Below are positions 61,501 to 64,000 of a DNA stretch of 64,000 nucleotides, one piece after another (within the stretch, counting starts at the first letter, position 1; each line of letters starts with the position of its first letter). The DNA lies in contig OX597836.1 of the NCBI GenBank assembly GCA_951406725.2, positions 20,274,001 to 20,338,000 on the forward strand. Direction: 5' to 3'. The notes under the pieces are model-generated. The model saw only the letters and a list, made by a program, of their open reading frames with translations. It was not told the origin of the DNA and did not search any database. The position numbers were made by a program, and so were the translations under genes. The DNA is from Octopus vulgaris. Lineage: Eukaryota.

Positions 61501-63540
61501 TAGGGATTGTTTGTCTTTAGGCTCTGCATGCATGTTGCCTCTATATCCAGATCTTTGTATTTTGAGAGTTTCTCTTAGAGATACATTGTCATCTGTTGGT
61601 ATTTATACATCGATTAGAAAGCATTTTTTTCTTGGTAATCTTTAACAACTATATCTGGCCTATTAGCCTTGATTTCTCTCTCTCTGTGTATTGACATATA
61701 CCAGAGTATGTTTGCTTTGTCATTTTCTGAGCCCTTTTCTGGAGTGTGCCTATACCATCTTTTTTTCTATTGTCTGTCCATAGTGTTGGCATAGCTCCCA
61801 GTGTATATCGGTCTCCTTCTTCTTCTCTGTTTAGATTCCTGTGATACTTTGTTCTCCTGCAATAACTCGGGCAGCTGCATTCCTCATGAGTGGGTCTGCG
61901 ACGGCAATATAAACTGCGATAATGGATTTGATGAGCAAAATTGTGGTAGGTACCTTTTTCAAAATTTTTATTGGGGGTTTTGTTGTTTAGCCCTAGGTCA
62001 AGTACTGGGGTTGATGTAATCAACTAGCTCTTCCCATCGAAATTGCTAACTGAGTGTTAAAATTTGAAACCATTATTATTACTGTGTGTGTTAGTGTGTA
62101 AATGCGAGTAGTGATGGGTCACATAAAACAAAAACAAAACATTCATTGTCTCTTTATTCCAAGGTTGATTCTGCCTATTTCTCCTTAAGAGGTCAATAGG
62201 ATATGTATTAGACTGATACCAGTACTAATCAACTAAAATCTTTGAAATTGGTGCCCTAGTATGGCCAGAGTCCAATGATGACTAGAAAATAATAATAATA
62301 GTGATATGATATTTAATATATCTTTCTTTCTTTCTTTTTTTTAATTATTGTTTTTATTTTTGTTTTATAATAATAATGATGAAATAATCCATAAATATTT
62401 CATTGTTTCTCTTTTTTTTGTGTCAGAATGCTCTGATGACCATTGGAAATGTAATAATGGGCAATGTATTCCTGTGTCTTGGAAATGTGATGGTGCCAAA
62501 GACTGTGAAGATGGATCCGATGAAACATTAATCACATGTAGTAAGTGATTTCAAAATTAATAAAAAATTCTACTATTATTATTTATGTTAACCTCCCATC
62601 TTTATGCCTAATGAGAGAACTGCTTCAACCATGGAAAAAACACAAAAAAACCTGTTCAATTCTATCACATGTCTACAAGCTTATGACTGACAAACTCTCA
62701 CCATATCTGTTTAAAAGGTTATTAATGGCCAATTCTTATAGTCCTTAGTTTTTGGGGATTTTTTTTTCCCTTTCATGTTGAACTTATGGACAGATCCAGG
62801 AAGATGTGGGATGAGGTGGTGAAATATGGAGGCGATGACAAGTAACTGAGACTTTTGACAATTTGCTGTGCTTAAGAGGGCAGATCAAGCTAAGGGAAAT
62901 TGTAGCCATGGTCAGTGTTGGTGACACATGAAATGCAGCCACGCTGGTGATGTGTAAAAACCCTGTGCCATTGACAGTTGTTCATTGGATAACAATTGGG
63001 TTTGCACACATGATCGAACTGTGATTTCTAAGTGGCAAAATGCAAGATCGACTCCAATACTATACAGCCAGCAGTGTAATTTCTTAAGAAATATGCTTAT
63101 ATGAGAATTAACCAATGCTGGTTGAGTTTCTCTCAATCTCTTGAAATACTACAGAAACCAGAGATGCGGTTTAACTGTATCAGTCCTAATCGTCATTATC
63201 AGCATCATCATTTCAACTCTATTTTGGAAGGTGTTTCTGCCAGTCTAATGCCAGTTTTCTATTCTGGAGATACAGAAAGTAATTAGCAACGATTTGATAA
63301 ATGTGATGTTTTTTCGCTGCATTGTTACGCCAGATCAGTAACAAATAAAAACGCTTCTAAATAAACAGCATTTTTACACCATTTAAAGTATATTTTCATG
63401 GGTTTTTTTTTCTTTTTCTTTTTTAGCCAACACCACTTGTCAACCTTCGGATTTCGCTTGCTCTGATAACATTTGTATCCGGAACATTGCTGTGTGTGAT
63501 GGGGATATTGATTGTCCTGATGGATCGGATGAAGTAGGCT
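1766..63540 (+). CDS. LRP1: LDL receptor-related protein 1-like gene, partial: 44 internal exons (end of cluster II to within cluster IV)
   Basis: Spliced translation gives LDLa-EGF-EGF-(YWTD propeller-EGF)x4-LDLa x8-EGF-EGF-propeller-EGF-LDLa x10, with motifs recalled from LRP1 ([26 protein letters not shown]). Phases chain throughout. LRP1/LRP1B versus LRP2 was not tested phylogenetically. Confidence 0.88.
3001..3117 (+). CDS. LRP1: LRP1 exon 2, EGF
   Basis: ttcag|...|gtaatt; [38 protein letters not shown]. Confidence 0.9.
3298..3700 (+). mobile_element. tRNA-derived SINE, family A
   Basis: A-box tggctgtgtgg, B-box ggttcagttcc, internal (TA)n(TG)n, gagta tail; several near-identical copies; interrupts a TTAA MITE (~3186-3800). 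Confidence 0.88.
3905..4033 (+). CDS. LRP1: LRP1 exon 3, EGF
   Basis: ctag|...|gtaagt; [39 protein letters not shown]. Confidence 0.9.
4933..5127 (+). CDS. LRP1: LRP1 exon 4, YWTD propeller
   Basis: ttcag|...|gtaagt; [12 protein letters not shown]...[16 protein letters not shown]. Confidence 0.9.
5562..5766 (+). CDS. LRP1: LRP1 exon 5, YWTD propeller
   Basis: tttag|...|gtaagt; [17 protein letters not shown]...[11 protein letters not shown]. Confidence 0.92.
5989..7256 (+). repeat. (GAA)n tract with GAATT interruptions, ~1.27 kb
   Basis: Seen directly; preceded by (TAT)n(TAC)n. Confidence 0.98.
7632..7802 (+). CDS. LRP1: LRP1 exon 6, YWTD propeller
   Basis: ttcag|...|gtaagc; [14 protein letters not shown]...[11 protein letters not shown]...LFWVDAR. 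Confidence 0.92.
8155..8701 (+). mobile_element. Mariner-type transposase remnant (N-terminal HTH region)
   Basis: [10 protein letters not shown]...ETDVML...[10 protein letters not shown]...[19 protein letters not shown] with stops. Confidence 0.8.
9005..9425 (-). mobile_element. SINE family A
   Basis: Reverse complement of 3298-3700. Confidence 0.88.
9430..9648 (-). mobile_element. Dong/R4-like LINE fragment (restriction-like endonuclease region); continues at ~8850-9000
   Basis: [16 protein letters not shown]...[16 protein letters not shown] fits the RPD..D..K motif; split by SINE A. Confidence 0.7.
9710..9857 (+). CDS. LRP1: LRP1 exon 7, YWTD propeller
   Basis: tcaag|...|gtaagt; [11 protein letters not shown]...[19 protein letters not shown]. 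Confidence 0.9.
10374..10748 (+). mobile_element. Non-autonomous Helitron-like element
   Basis: 5' TC, subterminal GC hairpin cctgagcaacgccggg, 3' CTAG|T, no TSD. Confidence 0.8.
10782..10878 (+). CDS. LRP1: LRP1 exon 8, propeller end
   Basis: tacag|...|gtgaga; [32 protein letters not shown]. Confidence 0.9.
12689..13064 (-). mobile_element. tRNA-derived SINE, family D (tail type 1)
   Basis: A/B boxes, (CAAA)n tail, 14-bp TSD ttgctgctgctgct (12675-12688, 13065-13078). Confidence 0.87.
13197..13322 (+). CDS. LRP1: LRP1 exon 9, EGF
   Basis: tgcag|...|gtaagt; [40 protein letters not shown]. Confidence 0.9.
13583..13980 (-). mobile_element. RTE-LINE 3' end (family C) with (GAT)n tail
   Basis: Same 3' end at ~2455-2641, 19072-19500, 22144-22392, 54168-54443, 57596-57855; follows RT remnants at ~35750 and ~57400. 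Confidence 0.75.
14342..14569 (+). CDS. LRP1: LRP1 exon 10, YWTD propeller
   Basis: tacag|...|gtaagt; [13 protein letters not shown]...[15 protein letters not shown]. Confidence 0.9.
15015..15192 (+). CDS. LRP1: LRP1 exon 11, YWTD propeller
   Basis: ctag|...|gtaagc; [20 protein letters not shown]...ISVARLNG...LHPVKG. Confidence 0.9.
15230..15675. repeat. Degenerate ~20-bp minisatellite
   Basis: Recurring ggtgggtctgttgccatgga-like unit. Confidence 0.8.
15936..16039 (+). CDS. LRP1: LRP1 exon 12, YWTD propeller
   Basis: tatag|...|gtaagt; [34 protein letters not shown]. Confidence 0.85.
17295..17567 (+). CDS. LRP1: LRP1 exon 13, divergent YWTD propeller
   Basis: ctag|...|gtgagt; [14 protein letters not shown]...ANLDGS...[13 protein letters not shown]. 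Confidence 0.87.
18443..18562 (+). CDS. LRP1: LRP1 exon 14, EGF
   Basis: tttag|...|gtgagt; [39 protein letters not shown]. Confidence 0.9.
18615..18858. repeat. Fold-back inverted repeat of an unclassified element; related inverted copy at ~51650-51790
   Basis: ttctgttgtgtctggggagagtcattttc... pairs with ...gaaaatgactctccccggacacaacagaa. Confidence 0.85.
19777..20189 (+). mobile_element. SINE family A
   Basis: Full-length match to 3298-3700. Confidence 0.88.
20379..20513 (+). CDS. LRP1: LRP1 exon 15, YWTD propeller
   Basis: cccag|...|gtaagt; [19 protein letters not shown]...ATAIDFDA. Confidence 0.9.
21144..21380 (+). mobile_element. tRNA-derived SINE, family B
   Basis: agctggcagaa A-box-like, gagttcaaattcc B-box; 15-bp TSD aggttagatgaaact (21129-21143, 21381-21395). 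Confidence 0.88.
21751..21918 (+). CDS. LRP1: LRP1 exon 16, YWTD propeller
   Basis: tgtag|...|gtgagt; [28 protein letters not shown]...[10 protein letters not shown]. Confidence 0.9.
22681..23039 (+). mobile_element. Non-autonomous Helitron-like element
   Basis: 3' cccgagcaacgccgggcaatactgCTAG|T; body shared with 52590-52967. Confidence 0.8.
23123..23252 (+). CDS. LRP1: LRP1 exon 17, YWTD propeller
   Basis: aacag|...|gtaagt; [26 protein letters not shown]...IAVHPMKG. Confidence 0.92.
23459..23712 (+). mobile_element. SINE family B with extra 5' sequence
   Basis: 21-bp TSD aagaaagtataatcatgcaag (23438-23458, 23713-23733). Confidence 0.88.
24316..24588 (+). CDS. LRP1: LRP1 exon 18, YWTD propeller
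   Basis: tctag|...|gtaatg; YLFWTDCG...IERAQLDGS...RLYWCD...VYWIE. Confidence 0.92.
25173..25294 (+). CDS. LRP1: LRP1 exon 19, propeller end
   Basis: caacag|...|gtcagt; [40 protein letters not shown]. Confidence 0.85.
25355..27050. repeat. GT-rich minisatellite, ~18 units of ~80-98 bp
   Basis: Unit atgcttttgcaagtgtgtgtttgagtgtgggtgtgtgtatagttgtgcatatgtttcagtgttgatgcatgtag(gt)n. Confidence 0.96.
27623..27745 (+). CDS. LRP1: LRP1 exon 20, EGF
   Basis: ttcag|...|gtaaat; [40 protein letters not shown]. Confidence 0.9.
28473..28706 (+). CDS. LRP1: LRP1 exon 21, YWTD propeller; three in-frame stops as assembled
   Basis: gctag|...|gtaagt, 234 nt; [17 protein letters not shown]...LNAPVRPIQ, disrupted 28571-28627, then [11 protein letters not shown]; stops at 28583, 28589, 28622. 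Confidence 0.82.
29471..30240 (+). mobile_element. RTE-like LINE remnant with nested SINE B (29917-30147)
   Basis: [20 protein letters not shown]...ETWTL...LNAFEMWTY...LLLEGKI; SINE TSD gaatgtgtaag. Confidence 0.8.
30413..30599 (+). CDS. LRP1: LRP1 exon 22, YWTD propeller
   Basis: tttag|...|gtaagt; IGSAEDLAY...[13 protein letters not shown]...[11 protein letters not shown]. Confidence 0.9.
31671..31875 (+). CDS. LRP1: LRP1 exon 23, YWTD propeller
   Basis: aacag|...|gtaagt; MYWTNWN...[30 protein letters not shown]. Confidence 0.93.
33371..33689 (+). CDS. LRP1: LRP1 exon 24, propeller end + EGF
   Basis: ttcag|...|gtgagt; [17 protein letters not shown]...[20 protein letters not shown]...DGKSC. 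Confidence 0.93.
33864..33986 (+). CDS. LRP1: LRP1 exon 25, LDLa (cluster III)
   Basis: aacag|...|gtaaat; [36 protein letters not shown]. Confidence 0.9.
34211..34245 (-). ncRNA. Minimal type I hammerhead-like motif (stem III mutated)
   Basis: gttt CTGATGA a gag-ctcca-ctc GAAA gg TT aaat; element 34128-34335 has a decayed copy at ~1980-2155. Confidence 0.6.
35100..35800 (+). mobile_element. RTE LINE remnant (RT C-terminus + start of 3' UTR)
   Basis: [19 protein letters not shown]...[13 protein letters not shown]...GRGR.RKTW. Confidence 0.82.
35932..36045 (+). CDS. LRP1: LRP1 exon 26, LDLa
   Basis: tttag|...|gtaagt; [36 protein letters not shown]. Confidence 0.9.
37351..37461 (+). CDS. LRP1: LRP1 exon 27, LDLa
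   Basis: ttcag|...|gtaagt; [36 protein letters not shown]. Confidence 0.9.
37499..38584 (-). mobile_element. Internally deleted piggyBac transposon with truncated transposase ORF 38305-37868
   Basis: TTAA|CCCTTTCGTTAC...GTAACGAAAGGG|TTAA; acidic N-terminus, YFFLLF...[10 protein letters not shown]...W..STLNEIK; 25-bp subterminal direct repeat. Confidence 0.92.
39410..40130 (-). mobile_element. Degraded Dong/R4-like LINE 3' fragment
   Basis: Minus-strand traces of ILWD and IVISALG motifs; similar fragment at ~61300-61805. Confidence 0.55.
40362..40490 (+). CDS. LRP1: LRP1 exon 28, LDLa
   Basis: tctag|...|gtaagt; [39 protein letters not shown]. Confidence 0.9.
41060..41155 (-). ncRNA. Type I hammerhead motif with long stem II, in inverted repeat 40980-41358
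   Basis: ttcc CTGATGA ta ttttgctcat...atgagcaaaa att GAAA caa ttg TA ggaa. Confidence 0.68.
41670..41707 (-). ncRNA. Minimal hammerhead-like motif in inverted repeat 41633-41792
   Basis: ctgt CCGATGA atg-ggaa-cgt GAAA ctc t gag TA acag; the opposite arm has CTGA with a 3-nt core deletion. Confidence 0.6.
42105..42344 (+). CDS. LRP1: LRP1 exon 29, two LDLa (duplicate A)
   Basis: ttcag|...|gtgagt, 240 nt; CSNTEFQC...[10 protein letters not shown]...[24 protein letters not shown]. Confidence 0.9.
42465..42690 (-). mobile_element. SINE family B
   Basis: Reverse complement of family B; 17-bp TSD caccatatatatatatt. Confidence 0.88.
42710..43072 (-). mobile_element. Non-autonomous Helitron-like element
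   Basis: 5' tctctctatatataaacggca shared with the 10374 copy; 3' hairpin and CTAG|T. Confidence 0.78.
43233..43525 (+). mobile_element. SINE family D (tail type 2)
   Basis: Same tRNA-like head and core as 12689-13064, different 3' part. Confidence 0.85.
43538..43770 (+). mobile_element. SINE family B
   Basis: Full-length match to 21144-21380. Confidence 0.88.
43975..44217 (+). CDS. LRP1: LRP1 exon 30, two LDLa (duplicate B)
   Basis: tccag|...|gttagt, 243 nt; CTVTEFQC...[10 protein letters not shown]...[24 protein letters not shown]. Confidence 0.9.
44440..45428. repeat. Compound (TA)n/(TG)n satellite, ~20-24-bp unit
   Basis: tatatgtcta(ta)n(tg)n repeated. Confidence 0.96.
45745..46388 (+). 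mobile_element. RTE-LINE 3' end (family C) with ~7.5 tandem ~61-bp units
   Basis: Core ggtgRcacgtaaaagcacc repeated, then the family C end and (GAT)n. Confidence 0.85.
46497..46613 (+). CDS. LRP1: LRP1 exon 31, EGF
   Basis: tgaag|...|gtaatt; [38 protein letters not shown]. Confidence 0.88.
46835..47055. mobile_element. piggyBac-type MITE
   Basis: TTAA|CCCTTTTGTTAC...GTAACGAAAGGG|TTAA; decayed relatives at ~14070-14274, 16800-17173, 20870-21098. Confidence 0.88.
48956..49084 (+). CDS. LRP1: LRP1 exon 32, calcium-binding EGF
   Basis: ttcag|...|gtaagt; [40 protein letters not shown]. Confidence 0.92.
49991..50459 (-). mobile_element. SINE family A
   Basis: Reverse complement, expanded internal microsatellite. 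Confidence 0.88.
50536..50741 (+). CDS. LRP1: LRP1 exon 33, YWTD propeller
   Basis: ttcag|...|gtatga; [13 protein letters not shown]...[15 protein letters not shown]. Confidence 0.9.
51976..52558 (+). CDS. LRP1: LRP1 exon 34, YWTD propeller (largest exon, 583 nt)
   Basis: caaag|...|gtaagt; [17 protein letters not shown]...LFYTDWG...WPNALTIDY...[13 protein letters not shown]. Confidence 0.93.
52590..52967 (+). mobile_element. Non-autonomous Helitron-like element
   Basis: A|TC...cccgagcaacgccgggcgatactgCTAG|T. Confidence 0.85.
53067..53223 (+). CDS. LRP1: LRP1 exon 35, EGF
   Basis: ttcag|...|gtaagg; [16 protein letters not shown]...[20 protein letters not shown]. Confidence 0.9.
54501..54604 (+). 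CDS. LRP1: LRP1 exon 36, LDLa (cluster IV start)
   Basis: ttcag|...|gtaagt; [34 protein letters not shown]. Confidence 0.92.
55889..56026 (+). CDS. LRP1: LRP1 exon 37, LDLa
   Basis: ttcag|...|gtgagt; [40 protein letters not shown]. Confidence 0.9.
56140..57232 (-). mobile_element. Dong/R4-like LINE fragment (RT C-terminal region) split by SINE A (56654-57057)
   Basis: YKYQGV...KIEKE|YIRRVRKL...LDRRTRK...[21 protein letters not shown]...[10 protein letters not shown]. Confidence 0.85.
57915..58034 (+). CDS. LRP1: LRP1 exon 38, LDLa
   Basis: ttcag|...|gtaagt; [36 protein letters not shown]. Confidence 0.9.
58188..58229 (+). ncRNA. Minimal type I hammerhead motif, sense strand of intron 38
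   Basis: cac CTGATGA a ggctg-gagagtatat-cagcc GAAA cg TT gtg; palindromic AACGTT stem III. Confidence 0.72.
58491..58730 (+). CDS. LRP1: LRP1 exon 39, two LDLa; acceptor uncertain (58488 or 58491)
   Basis: [37 protein letters not shown]...[20 protein letters not shown]|gtaagt; no in-frame AG. Confidence 0.82.
59616..59732 (+). CDS. LRP1: LRP1 exon 40, LDLa
   Basis: ctcag|...|gtaagt; [35 protein letters not shown]. Confidence 0.9.
60333..60703 (+). mobile_element. 5'-truncated SINE family A inside a possible hAT-type MITE (~60112-60808)
   Basis: TSD taaaactag; host ends cagtgtgtctcaa / ttgagaatcatctg. Confidence 0.8.
61156..61275 (+). CDS. LRP1: LRP1 exon 41, LDLa
   Basis: tctag|...|gtaagt; [35 protein letters not shown]. 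Confidence 0.9.
61835..61945 (+). CDS. LRP1: LRP1 exon 42, LDLa
   Basis: tttag|...|gtaggt; [35 protein letters not shown]. Confidence 0.9.
62427..62540 (+). CDS. LRP1: LRP1 exon 43, LDLa
   Basis: gtcag|...|gtaagt; [37 protein letters not shown]. Confidence 0.92.
63427..63540 (+). CDS. LRP1: LRP1 exon 44, LDLa
   Basis: tttag|...|gtaagt; [34 protein letters not shown], last Cys codon probably split by the intron. Confidence 0.88.
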
Positions 63541-63700
63541 GTAAGTTAGAATATTAACTTTTTACCTCATGTTTTGACTTGATTTATTTCGTTGTTGTTT
63601 ATGAAGTTAACCTCATCTGAACTGGACAGTGATGAGGTTTATCTAAATAAGGTTGTTATTAAATGGACCAAATAACTGTTACGTGTAGGTAATTAATTAA

Positions 63701-63921
63701 CCCTTTAGCATTCAGATTATTCTGTCAAATATTATATATATATTCATCCATATTGTTTTAAGCTAATCATGCATTATTTCGTAGCTTTAAGATTTCGATG
63801 ATGTTATCACCTGTTTTTAGATTAACATTATAGGTTGGTGTGAGATACCAAATCCGGGCAGTTTTAACAGAAAACAGGTAGATTATTTGGGCCGGAAATG
63901 GACGGTTTAAACACTAAAGGG
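63701..63921. mobile_element. TTAA-target MITE, second TIR type
   Basis: TTAA|CCCTTTAG...CTAAAGGG|TTAA; relatives at ~3186-3800 and ~54975. Confidence 0.82.
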
Positions 63922-64000
63922 TTAAACTGTGCAATAAATATTTTTAGTTTCTCAAAATATGAAACCACATGACCCAGTGGTCTCATGTGCATAAAGTTGC

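Noticed and set aside
1766-63540. Whole gene as a pseudogene
   Set aside because: 42 of 44 exons are clean with canonical GT-AG and consistent phases.

Overview
Eukaryotic, AT- and repeat-rich DNA; the SINE/LINE landscape suggests an octopus (inference). The window holds 44 internal coding exons (+ strand, 1766-63540) of one giant LDL-receptor-family gene whose domain order matches LRP1: last LDLa of cluster II, four YWTD propellers with EGFs, cluster III, 2 EGF + propeller + EGF, and ten LDLa of cluster IV. Start and stop codons lie outside the window. I traced exons by hand and the splice phases chain correctly, with two anomalies: exon 21 has a patch with three in-frame stops that matches a LINE remnant 1.13 kb downstream, and exon 39 has no in-frame AG acceptor. 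Exons 29/30 are a tandem duplicate. Introns hold tRNA-derived SINEs, RTE and Dong/R4-like LINE remnants, a deleted piggyBac with MITEs, Helitrons, a mariner remnant, satellites, four unrelated minimal hammerhead-ribozyme motifs and a tandem array of putative pseudoknots. No CRISPR, rRNA or true tRNA genes. Most long ORFs in the supplied track are microsatellite artefacts.
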